Below are positions 9,533 to 22,510 of a stretch of 64,000 nt of DNA, piece after piece. The translations under genes were made by a program, and so were the position numbers. This DNA comes from an uncultured delta proteobacterium. Lineage in GTDB: Bacteria > Desulfobacterota > Binatia > HRBIN30 > BPIQ01. The stretch covers positions 128,001 through 192,000 of the forward strand of contig CAVXGR010000015.1 in NCBI GenBank assembly GCA_963761335.1, in the 5' to 3' direction. The notes under the pieces are model-generated. The model was given only the letters and a program-made list of their open reading frames with translations, made no database searches and had not been told where the DNA came from. Numbering within the stretch: the stretch's first letter is position 1; every line of letters starts with the position of its first letter.

Positions 9533-11572
9533 TCACAAGAGCCGCTCCAGCTCCGCCCAGGTCGTCGCCGGCGGCGAGCAGGTGCGATTGCTGCAGACGT
9601 ACACCGTCGGCTTGCCGTCGACGCGTTCCTTGCCGGCGAGCATCGGCGGCATGGATGCGGATCGCGGATCGACGATCTGCAAGGTTCGGTTGGGGAGGTA
9701 GCGCCGCCGAAGCTGCGAAACGATCTCCTGCGCTGCCGGCTCCTCGAGGCTGCCCAGAAGAACGATCTCGTGCGGGCCGTGGACGTAGAAGTCGAGGGCG
9801 CAGAGCATGTTGGCGAAGCCGAAGGGCTGCTGTCGCATGGCGGCATGGAAGAGACGCAGCAGCTTCTCGGCCAGGTCCATGTAGCGGCCTTCCCCGGTGT
9901 AGAAGTGCAGGCGCAACAAGGCACTCGCCGCCACCGAGTTTCCGGACGGGATCGAGCCATCGAACGCCGGTTTCGAGCGGACGATCAGCTCTTCGTGGTC
10001 GTCGCTGGTGAAGTAGAAGCCGCCGCCGCGATCGTCCCAGAAGTGCGCGATCATCACCTCGGTGACCTCGGCCGCGCGCCGCAGATGCTGCGCGTCCTGG
10101 GAGGCTTCGAACAGGTCGAGGAGAGCGCTGGCCAGAAAGGCATGGTCATCGAGATAGGCATTCAGCTTGGCCTCGCCGTCCTTGAAGGTGCTGCGCAGAC
10201 GCCCGTTCTGCCAGAGGCGTCGGAAGACGAAATCGGCGGCCTCTCGCGCCACCGCCAGGTGTCGGCTTTCGCCGAGCACCTCGGCGGCGCGGGCGAAGGC
10301 GCCGATCATCAGGGCGTTCCAGGCGGTGAGGACCTTGTCGTCGAGCCCGGGTTTGACACGTCGCTCGCGGCGCTCGAAGAGGCGAGCGCGCGCCTCTTCG
10401 AGACGTCGGCGCGTCTCCTCGACATCGAGCCCGAAGAGCCGCGCCAGCGGCTCGATCTCGAGGGTAGGGTGCAGGATGTTGCTTCCCTCGAAGTTGCCGA
10501 AGTCGGTGATGTCATAGTAGCGGCAGAAGAGATCGGCGTCCCGATCGCCGAGGACCTCGCGGACCTCCTCTGGCGTCCACACGAAGAACTTGCCCTCCTC
10601 GCCCTCGCTGTCGGCGTCCTGGCTGGAGTAGAAGCCGCCCTCCGGGTGGCGCATCTCGCGGCGCACGTATTCGAGAATGTCTCCGGCGACGGCGGCAAAG
10701 AATGGATCGCCGGCCGCCTGGTAGGTATCGAGATAGAGGCAGACGAGCTGGGCGTTGTCGTAGAGCATCTTCTCGAAGTGCGGCACCAGCCAACGCTCGT
10801 CGACCGAGTATCGGTGGAAGCCGCCACCGAGGTGATCGTACATGCCGCCGCGCGCCATCTGGCGCAGCGTGTGCGTCGCCATGTCGAGGAAGCGCCGTTC
10901 GCCGGTGGCGTGGTGGACGCGCAGGAAGAGCGCGAAGGCGGACTCGTTCGGGAACTTGGGAGCGCGGCCCAGGCCGCCGTGCTCGGAATCGTATGCCTGC
11001 GCCAGGGACTCGGCGGCGTGGATCACCGTCTGCTCGACCAGCGCTTCGTCGCTCGTCTGGTAGGCGTCGAGCCGCTGCAGGCCCTGGATCAGCTTGCCGA
11101 CTGTTTCCCGGACGTCCTGCGGCCGCTCGCGGTAGGCGGCGGCGATCGAGGTGAGCACCCGGCGGAACCCGGGCATGTTGTGGCGATCGTCCGGAGGGAA
11201 GTAGGTACCTCCGTAGAACGGCTCCCCGGCGGGTGTCAGGAACACCGTGAGAGGCCAGCCGCCGTGGCCGGTCATCATCTGCACCGCGTTCATGTAGATG
11301 TGATCGAGGTCAGGGCGCTCCTCGCGGTCGACCTTGATGTTGACGAAGCTGCCGTTCATCAGCGCGGCGATCTCTTCGTTCTCGAAGGACTCGCGCTCCA
11401 TGACGTGACACCAGTGGCAGGCGGAGTAGCCGATGCTCAGCAGGATGGGGCGATCGTCGCGGCGGGCGTGCTCCAGCGCCTCGGCGCCCCACGGGTACCA
11501 GTCCACCGGGTTGTGCTGATGCTGGCGGAGATAGGGGCTCGTCTCGCGGGCCAATCGATTGGTATGCTGCAT
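9533..11572 (-). CDS. Thioredoxin-domain / SPATA20 (YyaL-like) protein
   Basis: Motifs [33 protein letters not shown] and [12 protein letters not shown]. Confidence 0.93.
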   Translation of the reverse strand: MQHTNRLARETSPYLRQHQHNPVDWYPWGAEALEHARRDDRPILLSIGYSACHWCHVMERESFENEEIAALMNGSFVNIKVDREERPDLDHIYMNAVQMMTGHGGWPLTVFLTPAGEPFYGGTYFPPDDRHNMPGFRRVLTSIAAAYRERPQDVRETVGKLIQGLQRLDAYQTSDEALVEQTVIHAAESLAQAYDSEHGGLGRAPKFPNESAFALFLRVHHATGERRFLDMATHTLRQMARGGMYDHLGGGFHRYSVDERWLVPHFEKMLYDNAQLVCLYLDTYQAAGDPFFAAVAGDILEYVRREMRHPEGGFYSSQDADSEGEEGKFFVWTPEEVREVLGDRDADLFCRYYDITDFGNFEGSNILHPTLEIEPLARLFGLDVEETRRRLEEARARLFERRERRVKPGLDDKVLTAWNALMIGAFARAAEVLGESRHLAVAREAADFVFRRLWQNGRLRSTFKDGEAKLNAYLDDHAFLASALLDLFEASQDAQHLRRAAEVTEVMIAHFWDDRGGGFYFTSDDHEELIVRSKPAFDGSIPSGNSVAASALLRLHFYTGEGRYMDLAEKLLRLFHAAMRQQPFGFANMLCALDFYVHGPHEIVLLGSLEEPAAQEIVSQLRRRYLPNRTLQIVDPRSASMPPMLAGKERVDGKPTVYVCSNRTCSPPATTWAELERLL

Positions 11573-11716
11573 GAGCTCGGTCCTCGGCCGCAGTGCGGAA
11601 TCGGATGTCGTATGCTTCATCCTATAGAACTGCATCGCCCGGGTACAGGGAACGGGCGCGGCTCGGTATCCTTCGCTCTTCTCTCGCTGCGGCGAATACG
11701 GCATGTGTGAAGGCGC

Positions 11717-13951
11717 ATGGACGGTTCTGCGCACCGCGAGCGCCGGCATCTGCTGTTGATCGGCGGCGGCCACAGTCACCTTCACGTCCTCCGCATGGCC
11801 GCCATGGAGCCGATTGCCGCGGGCCGCATCACGCTGGTTGCCCCGGAGCCGTACGCCATGTACTCCGGCATGATCCCCGGCGCCATCGCCGGGCTGTACC
11901 GCATCGACGAGGCGCGTATCGACCTGCGGGCTCTGGCGGCGCGGGCCGGTATTCGCTTCCTGCGGGATCGGGCCGTGGAGATCGACGCCGCGGCGCACCG
12001 GGTGCACTGCGCCGAGCTGCCGCCGCTGCACTACGACGTTCTCTCCGTGGACATCGGCTCGCGTCCGCGCGCCGCCCCTGCGGCTCCCGCGCTGCTGCCG
12101 ATCAGGCCGATCGAAGGGGCCGTGCAGCGTTTGCTGGAGTTTGCCGAGGCGGCGCGCGCCGGCCGGATCGCCGGGCGCATCGCCGTGGTTGGCGCCGGTG
12201 CCGGCGGCGTCGAGGTGGCCTTCGCCGTCCGCGCCCGGCTCGGCGATCTCGAGGGCGCGGCGATCACTCTGATCGACCGCGCCGCCGTTCCTCTTCCCGG
12301 CTATGGTCGGCGGATGTCGGCGCGCGTGGCGCGGCTGCTGCCGCAGTACGGTATCGACTTCATCGGCAACGCCGAGGTGGCGGCGATCGATGCCGGAGCC
12401 CTGCTGTCCGACGGCCGCCGCATCGATGCGGAGCTGATCGTGTGGGCGAGCGGTGCCGAGGGGCTGCCTCTGCTCGGGGAATTGCGACTGCCGGTGGACG
12501 ACCGCGGCTTTCTCCTCGTCGACCAGACCCTGCGCTGTATCGCCGATCCCTCGATCTTCGCCGCCGGTGACTGCGCCACCCTGGCGAAGTACCCGCAGAC
12601 GCCCAAGGCGGGCGTATACGCCGTGCGCCAGGGGCCGGTGCTGTGGCGCAACCTGCGCGCGGTATTGACCGACAGCGGCAGCCTCAAGCGCTATCGGCCA
12701 CAGAGCGGCTTCCTCTCGCTGCTGTCCACCGGCGACGGCGCGGCGCTGCTGAGCTACCACGGGCTGACGGCGCACGGCGCCTGGGTGTGGCGGTTGAAGG
12801 ACCGCATCGATCGCCGCTTCATCGAGCAGCACTCGCCGCCGCGTGCCGAACAGTTCGCGACCGCCGATCGCGGTCGAGCGGCGCTGTCGACGGTGCCCAT
12901 GGGTGCGGGCGAGATGGCCCCATGCGGCGGTTGCGCCGCGAAGGTGAGCGGCGACGTGCTGGCACGGGTCCTGCGCCGCTTGCCCCGGGAGGCCGACGAG
13001 AGCGTCGTCGTCGGCCTCGAGGAGCCGGACGATGCCGCCGTCGTCCGCCACCGCGACGGCCACGACGTGGTGTCGACCGTGGACTTCTTCCCGCCCTTTC
13101 TCGACGACCCCTACGTGGTCGGTGGCGTTGCTGCGGTGAACGCCGCCAGCGATCTGTACGCCATGGGAGCCGAGCCGACGGCGGCGATCGCGCTGGTCGC
13201 CCTGCCGGCGTCCGGCGAGGAGGAGACCGAGGAGACCCTCGAGCTGCTGCTGCAAGGAGCGGTGAAAAAGCTGGGCGAGATGGGGGTGCCGCTGGTGGGC
13301 GGTCACACCATCGAAGGCGAGCAGCTTCTCGTCGGTTTCGCGGTTCTCGGCTCCGCCGCGCCGGGCGGTCTGCTGCGCAAGTCGGGGGCCCGCGCCGGTG
13401 ATCGACTGGTGCTCACCAAGCCGCTGGGGACGGGGGTGATTCTCGCTGCGGCGCGCGCTGGGCTGGCGCCCGCGACCTGGGTGGAGTCGGCGATTGTCTC
13501 GATGTTGCGCTCCAACCGTGTGGCCTCGATCGAGCTCAGCCGCCTCGGCGTGTGCGCCTGCACCGACGTCACCGGTTTCGGGCTGGCCGGTCATCTGGCG
13601 GAGATGCTGCGCGCTTCCGGGGTTGCGGCACGCCTCGAGCTGGAGCATCTGCCGGCATTGCCCGGCGCTATCGAGCTCCTCGGCGCCGGCGTGCGGAGCT
13701 CATTTCACGAGCGCAACCGGGCATATCGCCGCCTGATCAGCGGCCCCACTGCGGCCGTCGCCGATCTCCGCTGCGAGCTGCTCGCCGACCCGCAGACCTC
13801 AGGGGGTCTGCTGGCGTCGGTGCCGGTGGAAGGGCTCGCTGAGCTGCGCGCTGCCCTGCATTGCGAAGGGGAGAGCTGTCACGAGATCGGCAGCATCGTC
13901 GCCGGCGACGGCATCATCGAGCTGGTCGCTGACGCGTCTAGCGCACCGTGA
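11717..13951 (+). CDS. selD: Selenide,water dikinase fused to an N-terminal FAD-dependent pyridine-nucleotide oxidoreductase
   Basis: N-terminal GGGHSH, YSGM.PG, FAAGDC and [12 protein letters not shown]-terminal [31 protein letters not shown] and DPQTSGGLL. Confidence 0.92.
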   Translation: MDGSAHRERRHLLLIGGGHSHLHVLRMAAMEPIAAGRITLVAPEPYAMYSGMIPGAIAGLYRIDEARIDLRALAARAGIRFLRDRAVEIDAAAHRVHCAELPPLHYDVLSVDIGSRPRAAPAAPALLPIRPIEGAVQRLLEFAEAARAGRIAGRIAVVGAGAGGVEVAFAVRARLGDLEGAAITLIDRAAVPLPGYGRRMSARVARLLPQYGIDFIGNAEVAAIDAGALLSDGRRIDAELIVWASGAEGLPLLGELRLPVDDRGFLLVDQTLRCIADPSIFAAGDCATLAKYPQTPKAGVYAVRQGPVLWRNLRAVLTDSGSLKRYRPQSGFLSLLSTGDGAALLSYHGLTAHGAWVWRLKDRIDRRFIEQHSPPRAEQFATADRGRAALSTVPMGAGEMAPCGGCAAKVSGDVLARVLRRLPREADESVVVGLEEPDDAAVVRHRDGHDVVSTVDFFPPFLDDPYVVGGVAAVNAASDLYAMGAEPTAAIALVALPASGEEETEETLELLLQGAVKKLGEMGVPLVGGHTIEGEQLLVGFAVLGSAAPGGLLRKSGARAGDRLVLTKPLGTGVILAAARAGLAPATWVESAIVSMLRSNRVASIELSRLGVCACTDVTGFGLAGHLAEMLRASGVAARLELEHLPALPGAIELLGAGVRSSFHERNRAYRRLISGPTAAVADLRCELLADPQTSGGLLASVPVEGLAELRAALHCEGESCHEIGSIVAGDGIIELVADASSAP

Positions 13952-14333
13952 CCACGACGCGCCTTTCCCTGGGTCCGTCGAGCTCCACCAGCATCACCGC
14001 CTGCCAGGTGCCGAGCAGCAGCCGCCCCTCGCGAACCGGAATCGTCTCGCTGGGGCCGAGAATGGTGGCCTTGATGTGAGCCGCGGCGTTGTTGTCGACC
14101 CGGTCGTGCCTCCAGCGTCCTTCCGGGATGAGCGCGCCGAGCGCCTCGAGAACGTCCTCGCAGACGTTCGGGTCATCGTTCTCGTTGATCACCACGGCGG
14201 CGGTGGCATGGGGGACGTAGACCGAGCACAGGCCTTCGTCCAGCCCGGTATCGTGCACCAGCTCTCGCAGCTTCTCGGTGAGATCGAGCATCTGGTACTT
14301 GCGCTGCGAGCGCAGCCGGAGCTCCGTTTGCAT
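13938..14333 (-). CDS. YjbQ/UPF0047 secondary thiamine-phosphate synthase family
   Basis: Motifs PHATAA..INEN.DP, NAAAHIKA and LGTWQ...ELDGPR.R. Confidence 0.9.
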   Translation of the reverse strand: MQTELRLRSQRKYQMLDLTEKLRELVHDTGLDEGLCSVYVPHATAAVVINENDDPNVCEDVLEALGALIPEGRWRHDRVDNNAAAHIKATILGPSETIPVREGRLLLGTWQAVMLVELDGPRERRVVVTVR

Positions 14334-15082
14334 CACATGAAGGCGCCGCCGTCGATGCGGAAGATCTTGCCGGTGACGAAGGAGGCGTCTTCCGAGGCGA
14401 GATAGACGGCCATCCTGCCGACCTCCTCCGGCCGACCTGGTCGGCCGAGGGGAATGCCGCTCACCAAGGCGTCGCCGTAGAATTTGATCATGCGCTCTCC
14501 CATGTCCGAGGCAATCAGTCCGGGGGCGATGCAGTTGACGCGTACTCCGGCCGGGGCGCATTCCTTGGCGAGTGATTTGGTGAGGGCGTTCACCCCGGCC
14601 TTGGCGACGTAGTACGGGGCGCCAAAGGGGGCGCAGGTATCGGCGCCGATCGAGGAGATCAGAATGATCGAGCCCTTCCCGCGATCGACGAGGTGCTTTG
14701 CCGTGGCCTTACAGGTGTAGAAGACGCCGTCGAGGTTCACGCCGGTCACCTTGTGCCAGTGCTCGACGTCGAGCTCCCAGACCGGCTGCACGCGCGAGGC
14801 GATTCCCGAGTTGGCGACGACGATGTCGAGGTGACCGAAGAACCGCAGCGCCTCGTCGGTCATCTGGCGGACGGCTTGCCAGTCGGAAACATCGGCCTGG
14901 ATCGCCAGAGCGGTTCCGCCGAGAGCCTCGATGGCGGCGACTGTATCGCTTGCGGCGGCGCCGTCGCGGCGATAGTTGACGGCGACGTTTGCGCCCTCAC
15001 GGGCAAGCTCGATGGCGATACCGCGACCGATACCGCGGGAGGCGCCGGTCACCAGCGCGTTCTGCCCCGCCAATCTACTCAT
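14333..15082 (-). CDS. SDR family oxidoreductase (FabG-like)
   Basis: Motifs TGASRGIG, YxxxK (YVAK), RVNCIAPG and IDGG. Confidence 0.92.
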   Translation of the reverse strand: MSRLAGQNALVTGASRGIGRGIAIELAREGANVAVNYRRDGAAASDTVAAIEALGGTALAIQADVSDWQAVRQMTDEALRFFGHLDIVVANSGIASRVQPVWELDVEHWHKVTGVNLDGVFYTCKATAKHLVDRGKGSIILISSIGADTCAPFGAPYYVAKAGVNALTKSLAKECAPAGVRVNCIAPGLIASDMGERMIKFYGDALVSGIPLGRPGRPEEVGRMAVYLASEDASFVTGKIFRIDGGAFM

Positions 15083-15165
15083 GCAGCTGCAGGCGCGACG
15101 GCGTGTGGCGAAGGCGGCGGTGTATCATCCTCTTCCGCAAATGGACGGAGGGGAGAATCGATGTC

Positions 15166-15351
15166 TCAGAGATTGCCGGCCGAATCTGGCTCGATGGCGT
15201 CCTCGCCGAGCTCCTCCTCGTCGTCGCCTTCACCCGTCTTCTTGGCTTCCCGCCGCTCCATCTTCTTCTTCAACTTCTCTTCCTGCTTGAGCTTGCGTGC
15301 CATTTCCTTACGGCGCTTCTGATCGCGTTTGAAGGTTTTTCCCCCGGCCAT
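15166..15351 (-). CDS. Small basic/acidic hypothetical protein
   Basis: AGGAG RBS; 61 aa with a K/R-rich N terminus and acidic tail. Confidence 0.6.
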   Translation of the reverse strand: MAGGKTFKRDQKRRKEMARKLKQEEKLKKKMERREAKKTGEGDDEEELGEDAIEPDSAGNL

Positions 15352-15480
15352 GGCTGCTCCTTCCCTGCCCGGTGCGTGACCATCTGGACTCGATGATCGG
15401 GGCAGCTCTGATTGAAAATCGAGTGCAGGGCGCAGCCTACCAGAGTCATCTCAGGCAGGCAATTGCGCACCCGGGGCTGG

Positions 15481-17172
15481 TCATTGCGGCATGGCCGACG
15501 CGGACGTTTCGAGGGCGCCGCAGCGGAGGTCGACGTCCAGCGGTCCGGGTGGCAGCGAGTCGAGGTCGAGCCGGAATGCGGTCAGGTGCAGGCTCAGGCC
15601 GCCGTGTCGCGGGTGCAGGCTGAGCCGCAACTGCCGCGAGCGCTGCCGGGTGGTGATGCTGCCACCGGCGAGCCGCAGCGCTGCGGGAGGCAGAAAAACG
15701 CTCAGCGCCTCGGTGTCGCCGGCGGTCACCTGCAGCCAAATTCCCGAGCCCGTGGCGTCGAGTAGCGGCAGAGCGGCTGGCGGCAGCCAGGCCTGCAGTC
15801 TCAGGCTGTCGCGACCGCCGCCGCGACGAGCCAGATGAATCTTGACGTCGGTGAGGAGAGAGACGTCCAGCGGGCGTTCGCAAGCGCCGCGATCGATACC
15901 GCCACCGACGGGCCGCGGCGACCCGAGGAGATCGTCGGGAGGCGATCCGTCATCCGCGCCGCTGTCCAGTGCCGGGCTGTCCTTCTCCGGATAGGGGATT
16001 CCCTCGGCCAGCCGCGGGTCGAGGGATAGGGTATGTGCTCCCTGGCCCATGGCGCGATTCCAGTAGCCGCTGTTGACGTCGTCGGCGGTGAAGATGGTCT
16101 CGCCGCCGTCTCCGAACTGCTCGATCAGCGATCCGGAGGTCGGGCGGAAGAGAATGTCGTAATCCTCGATGAGGACGATGCCGTGTTGATAGCTGATCGC
16201 CTTCCCCGGGCCGGCGATGATGCTGTTGCGAAGCTCGAGGGTGAAGCCGTCGCCGTCGCCGCGCACGCCGGTGGCGTTGTCCGTCACCGTGGCGTTGTGG
16301 ACGACGATCCGCGCTCCGGCCGCTCCGGCCGCCGTGATCCCCGTCTTGTTGGCCTGGATCAACGCGTTCTCGACGTATGCGTCGTTCCACAGCTTCATGC
16401 CACTGCAGCCGTTGCCGATGCTGTAGGCGCGCAGGATACTGACGTTGGCCGCCTTCAGATCGAAGCCGTCCTCCGCGTTGCCGCTCGCCGTCACCCGCTC
16501 GAAGCGCAGGTTCGAGACCGACTCGTCGGCACAGAAGCCGTCGGCATCGCCGTTGCAGCCCTGGCCGTCGTCATTGTCGCGGCTCACGGTGTCGGAGAAG
16601 TCGATGGATTCGGCGTGGTCGAAGATGCGGATGGCGGCGCGACCGTTTTCGTGTACCGTGCACTTTCGGACCGAAACCCGGCTGGCGCCCTGTATCCAGA
16701 TGCCGTTGCGGTTGTGGTGGATGTCCAGGGCGACGAGCTCGACGTCGTGAACACCCGGACGTACGAAGACGCTTTCCGCGTACCCGCCGCGGGCTTCGAA
16801 CCCCTCGATGCGCACGTAGGCGGCGCCCGCGTCGAGGTCGAAGGCCGAGAGGCTCCGGGACGGATCGGGGCTCTCGAGGACCGCTCCCGGCTCGCCCTGG
16901 ACGACCATTGGCGCCACGGCGCTGCCGCCGTGGTCGAGATAGACAGATTCCTGGTAGGTGCCCGGGAGGACCGAGATCACGTCGCCCGGGCCGGCCGCGT
17001 CGACGGCATGCTGAATGGTTGCCCACGGGTTATCGGCGCTGCCGTCGCCCGCATCTGATCCGTGCTCGGCAACGTAGTGCAGGGTCGCCTCGCCGCCCCT
17101 GTAGACCGGGGCGGCGCTCAGGGCCAGTGCGGCAGTGAATGTCAGCAGGACTGTCGAGAGGCGTCTGGTGAG
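15481..17172 (-). CDS. Secreted right-handed beta-helix (DUF1565 / pectin-lyase-like) protein; start codon unresolved
   Basis: Frame stays open upstream of 16980 and encodes a signal peptide plus YVAEHGSDAGDGSADNPWATIQHA. PbH-like repeats follow, with a C-terminal SPALDSG...PRP...DRGACE motif. Confidence 0.75.
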   Translation of the reverse strand, partial: LTRRLSTVLLTFTAALALSAAPVYRGGEATLHYVAEHGSDAGDGSADNPWATIQHAVDAAGPGDVISVLPGTYQESVYLDHGGSAVAPMVVQGEPGAVLESPDPSRSLSAFDLDAGAAYVRIEGFEARGGYAESVFVRPGVHDVELVALDIHHNRNGIWIQGASRVSVRKCTVHENGRAAIRIFDHAESIDFSDTVSRDNDDGQGCNGDADGFCADESVSNLRFERVTASGNAEDGFDLKAANVSILRAYSIGNGCSGMKLWNDAYVENALIQANKTGITAAGAAGARIVVHNATVTDNATGVRGDGDGFTLELRNSIIAGPGKAISYQHGIVLIEDYDILFRPTSGSLIEQFGDGGETIFTADDVNSGYWNRAMGQGAHTLSLDPRLAEGIPYPEKDSPALDSGADDGSPPDDLLGSPRPVGGGIDRGACERPLDVSLLTDVKIHLARRGGGRDSLRLQAWLPPAALPLLDATGSGIWLQVTAGDTEALSVFLPPAALRLAGGSITTRQRSRQLRLSLHPRHGGLSLHLTAFRLDLDSLPPGPLDVDLRCGALETSASAMPQ

Positions 17173-17565
17173 TCACGTTTTCCGCATGACCGTGTCCCGG
17201 CGGCGAAACAGAACGCCGCCACGCCGATAACACGGTACCGGCTTACTACCCGCGCCCGGAGGTTCGCAGCCTCGGGTCGGGTTCTGGTCGTGGTTGTGCA
17301 ACTGCCGTGCCCAAGGTCGACCGCGCGCCCTTGGCGTTGTGCTGGGGCCCCGGTGGATCGCGATACGCGGAGCCGAAGCGTTACTGGGATGACTGGATCG
17401 GGAAAACAGTTGAAGGAGCATCGCGGGGTTGACCGGCGGAGAATACTTCCGTACAAGGCTGGCTATTGATCTCATGGGGGAGGGCAGCCTCCGGGGGCGG
17501 TGGTGGAAGTTCGCGTCCGGGGGCGGCGCTGGAGTGCAATCGGGAAAAAAATCTTTGCTCCCGCC

Positions 17566-17593
17566 TTGACTGTACGCCCTTGCCTGCTTTAAT
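17566..17593 (+). promoter_or_regulatory. Candidate sigma70 promoter upstream of rpoD
   Basis: TTGACT-N16-TTTAAT with a TGn extended -10, in an AT-richer intergenic region. Confidence 0.4.
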
Positions 17594-17807
17594 TGTCACC
17601 TGTACACGGACTCCCCGCTTTTCAAGCACGATTGCGTTGCATTTGCTTGATACCTTCTCTCACTTCGGAGCGATCTCACTTTCCTGGAGCAATTGGCTCG
17701 TCCTGTGCTGGGTGCGCAGTGAAGCCGCGGCGTCCGTAGGTTAAGTGCGGCAGTCAAAGACCATATCGGCTCAGGGCAAACGGGGCACACCTCCGGCCCG
17801 CAAACCC

Positions 17808-19598
<1,791 letters not shown>

Positions 19599-19652
19599 GG
19601 CGGGACACGGACGGGCGGGTCGACCGCAGGAAGCGGCAACCAAGGAGCACGT

Positions 19653-19814
19653 ATGATCAAGGCGCAGGCAGAGCTCGAGAAGGAGCTCCGGAAGTGGCGC
19701 GAGGCCCGGGCTCGAAAGCAGGGCGGACGCCAGAACCCCAATGACCGCCGCACTGTCCGCGTAAACGGCCAGGAAGTCGTGGTCATTACCAAGCCCAAGC
19801 GGGCAGCTCCCTGA
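19653..19814 (+). CDS. Small basic hypothetical protein (53 aa)
   Basis: AAGGAG RBS then ATG; MIKAQAELEKELRKWREARARKQGGRQNPNDRRTVRVNGQEVVVITKPKRAAP. Below the ORF-track cutoff. Confidence 0.6.
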   Translation: MIKAQAELEKELRKWREARARKQGGRQNPNDRRTVRVNGQEVVVITKPKRAAP

Positions 19815-19973
19815 AGTGCCCGTGCGGCGCTGACCGGAATGGCGAAGCTCTAGCTGCCCCTCCGGTCGGCAATCCGCGGCGCCACCGCTGGGCGGGAGCC
19901 TCGCCGCCCGTTCCCATCGGCCTCCGATTTCCCCGCGGCTGATGACTGGTTGCCCGGGGCCGGCACCGCGGCT

Positions 19974-20798
19974 ATGATCCCCTCCGTGCATCGCTTCTGT
20001 CGGCTGGCTCTTCTGGGCCTGCTTGCCTCCCTGCTGCCTTCCATCGGCCACGCCAGTGAGGGAGTGCGTTACCTGCTGTCGCCGCGCAGCACCATCGTGC
20101 AGGTGTGCCCGCAGTGCACCACGCCGGCAGGACGGCCGGAGCGGCTCTCCGGCTCCTTCACGCTGACGCCGTTGCCTTTGAGCTCCGGTAGGCGCGTCGA
20201 GGCGCTCACCGATCTCAACCTGCAGAGTAGCTCGTACCGGGTGCAGGGATCGGGGTTCGTGCAGTTTCTCCCCTCCGGCAAGATCGCCATCGTCATCCAC
20301 GCGAGCATCAACGGCGACGACATGCAGCTGCGCGCCACCCGCCGCCAGCCGCCTCCGGGCACCGAGTTCAGCGTGCTGCTGGGAACACCGAGAGGTGGAG
20401 CCGTCGACTACCTGATGATCGTCAGCGCGGTTCCCGCCGAGGAAGGGCCTGACAGCGATCGCGACGGCGTGGCGGATGCCGATGACGTCTGTCCCCGCGT
20501 CTACGACCCGAAGCAGCTGGATTCCGACGGCGACGGCATCGGCGATGCGTGCGATCTGTGCGCCGACACGGCCGCCAACGAGGTCGTCAGCAGCACCGGG
20601 TGCAGCGTGGCGCAGACCTGCCCCTGCGAAGCGGCCGCCGACGGCAAGCCGTGGAGACGCGGCGCTTACGGCAAGTGCGTCGCCCACGCCGTCAAGCAGC
20701 TGCGCCGCGACGGCCGCGTGTCGCGCAAGGATTCACTGCGTATGCTGCGCGATGCCCTGAGATCGGGCTGCGGCCAGACGGTCGTCGCCCTGCGCTGA
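19974..20798 (+). CDS. Secreted thrombospondin type 3 repeat protein
   Basis: Signal peptide; DSDRDGVADADDVCP and DSDGDGIGDACD Ca-binding repeats; Cys-rich tail. Confidence 0.8.
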   Translation: MIPSVHRFCRLALLGLLASLLPSIGHASEGVRYLLSPRSTIVQVCPQCTTPAGRPERLSGSFTLTPLPLSSGRRVEALTDLNLQSSSYRVQGSGFVQFLPSGKIAIVIHASINGDDMQLRATRRQPPPGTEFSVLLGTPRGGAVDYLMIVSAVPAEEGPDSDRDGVADADDVCPRVYDPKQLDSDGDGIGDACDLCADTAANEVVSSTGCSVAQTCPCEAAADGKPWRRGAYGKCVAHAVKQLRRDGRVSRKDSLRMLRDALRSGCGQTVVALR

Positions 20799-20807
20799 AG
20801 GGCGCGC

Positions 20808-20945
20808 TCAGCGATACCCGGAGGTCGACTTCACGGCGGCCGCTGTGGCGCTGTTGAGATAGGCCAGAACTCCCGGAGCGTCGAAGTAGTTGTAGGCGAA
20901 GAGGGTCGCCGCTCCGAGGATCAGGCCGTAGAAGAACTCACGCAT
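20808..20945 (-). CDS. Small membrane protein (45 aa)
   Basis: MREFFYGLILGAATLFAYNYF forms one hydrophobic segment; fills the intergenic gap. Confidence 0.5.
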   Translation of the reverse strand: MREFFYGLILGAATLFAYNYFDAPGVLAYLNSATAAAVKSTSGYR

Positions 20946-21055
20946 GCCCCGATCATACGGCATGCCAGCGACCTGGTCAAAAGACTCGAGGTGTTGAGGT
21001 GTTGGTGTTGAGTGCCGTACGGCCTGCCTCCGCGGCACCTGCAGCAGCCAACACC

Positions 21056-22510
21056 TCAATACCCCACACCTCGTACTTCTCCGCAAGCCTCGGCAATCGA
21101 CAGGCGCAGCGTTTCCGCAATCCAGTCGATCTGTCGCGGCTCGATGATCAGCGGCGGGCAGACGACGACGTTGTCGCCGCTGCCGCGGACGATCAGCCCG
21201 CGCCGTAGGGCGGCCTGACGCACCTTTGCCGAAACCGCCAGCTCGGCGGCAAAGGGCGTCTTGCGCTGCCTGTCGGCGACCAGCTCGATGGCTGCCATGA
21301 GGCCGACGGCGCGCACCTGGCCGACCGCCGCCAGCTCACCGAGCCCTCGCATCGCCGTGCAGAAGTGTCGCTCCTTGCGCCGCGATTGGGCGAACAGATC
21401 TTCCCTTTCCATGATGTCGAGGTTGGCGAGGGCCGCGGTGCAGGCGACGGGATGCCCCGAGTAGGTGAAGCCGTGGTGCAGAGAGAACTCGGGCCCGGCG
21501 TCCACCATCGCCTGGTAAATCTCATCGCGGAGAATGACGCCGCCGAGCGGCAGATAGCCGCTGCTGACTCCCTTGGCGAACGAGATCAGGTCCGGAGTGA
21601 CCTTCCACCTCTGCATCGCAAAGGCTCGGCCGAGCCTTCCGAATCCGGTGATCACCTCATCGGCGACCAGGAGGATGTGGTTGCGGTCGCAGATGGCGCG
21701 GATGCGCTCGAAGTACTCCGGCGGCGGCACGATGACCCCGCCGACCCCCTGAACCGGCTCCGCGATGAAGGCGGCGATGCGATCGGAGCCCTCTCGCTCG
21801 ACGAGCCGTTGCAGCTCGTCGGCACAGGCGATGCCGCACTCCGGATAAGTACGGCCGAGCGGACAGCGGTAGCAGTAAGGGTTGGCGATGCGCTCGACTC
21901 CGGGAAGCATCGGCTCGTAATAGCGGTGGAAGTAGGGCAACCCGGTCAAGGTTGCGGCGCCGGTTGAGCTGCCGTGATAGGCGCGCTCCAAAGCCACGAT
22001 CTTGACCTTGTCGGTGTAGCCGCGCAGCCGCCAGTACAGCCGCACCAGACGGATCACCGTCTCGTTCGCTTCCGAGCCTCCAGAGGTGAAGACCACCCGG
22101 GACATGCCCTTTGGTGCCAGCCGGGCGAGGCGCGCCGCCAGCTCGATCGGCGGCGGCGAGGAGAAGCCGAGCAGCGTCGGAGCGAAGGCCAGCTGACGGA
22201 TCTGTGCGGCTACCCGGCGGGCGATCTCGGCGCGGCCGTGGCCGATGGACACGTTCCACAGCCCCGAGAGGCCGTCGAGGTAGCGCCGCCCGTCGCTGTC
22301 CCAGACATAGACGCCGCGGCCGCGGACGAGGGTCAGTGTGCCGCGGTCGGCGGTGACGGCCGGCGAGGCGAAGCCGTGGACCAGGTAGCGTCGATCGGCG
22401 CGGTCCAGCGCCGCGGGCGCCGGCGCTTTCGTGCCTGCGGCGCTGGCGGCGCGGCGCGCCGGCCGCTGCGAGCGGCGCGCCGCGGTCGCGCGAGCGCCGC
22501 TCCGACTCAC
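21056..22510 (-). CDS. Class III PLP-dependent aminotransferase
   Basis: Motifs DGLSGLWNV, SGGSEANE, YHGS, FIAEPVQG.GGV, DEVITGFGRLG, FAKGVSSGYLPLG and HGFTYSGHP. GTG start overlaps the upstream stop. Confidence 0.92.
   Translation of the reverse strand: MSRSGARATAARRSQRPARRAASAAGTKAPAPAALDRADRRYLVHGFASPAVTADRGTLTLVRGRGVYVWDSDGRRYLDGLSGLWNVSIGHGRAEIARRVAAQIRQLAFAPTLLGFSSPPPIELAARLARLAPKGMSRVVFTSGGSEANETVIRLVRLYWRLRGYTDKVKIVALERAYHGSSTGAATLTGLPYFHRYYEPMLPGVERIANPYCYRCPLGRTYPECGIACADELQRLVEREGSDRIAAFIAEPVQGVGGVIVPPPEYFERIRAICDRNHILLVADEVITGFGRLGRAFAMQRWKVTPDLISFAKGVSSGYLPLGGVILRDEIYQAMVDAGPEFSLHHGFTYSGHPVACTAALANLDIMEREDLFAQSRRKERHFCTAMRGLGELAAVGQVRAVGLMAAIELVADRQRKTPFAAELAVSAKVRQAALRRGLIVRGSGDNVVVCPPLIIEPRQIDWIAETLRLSIAEACGEVRGVGY

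Noticed and set aside
11573..13648. N-terminal 690-aa extension of the 1371-aa minus-strand ORF, suggesting a giant fusion
   Set aside because: It is the antisense shadow of selD; the SPATA20-like homology starts at MQHTNRL (11572).
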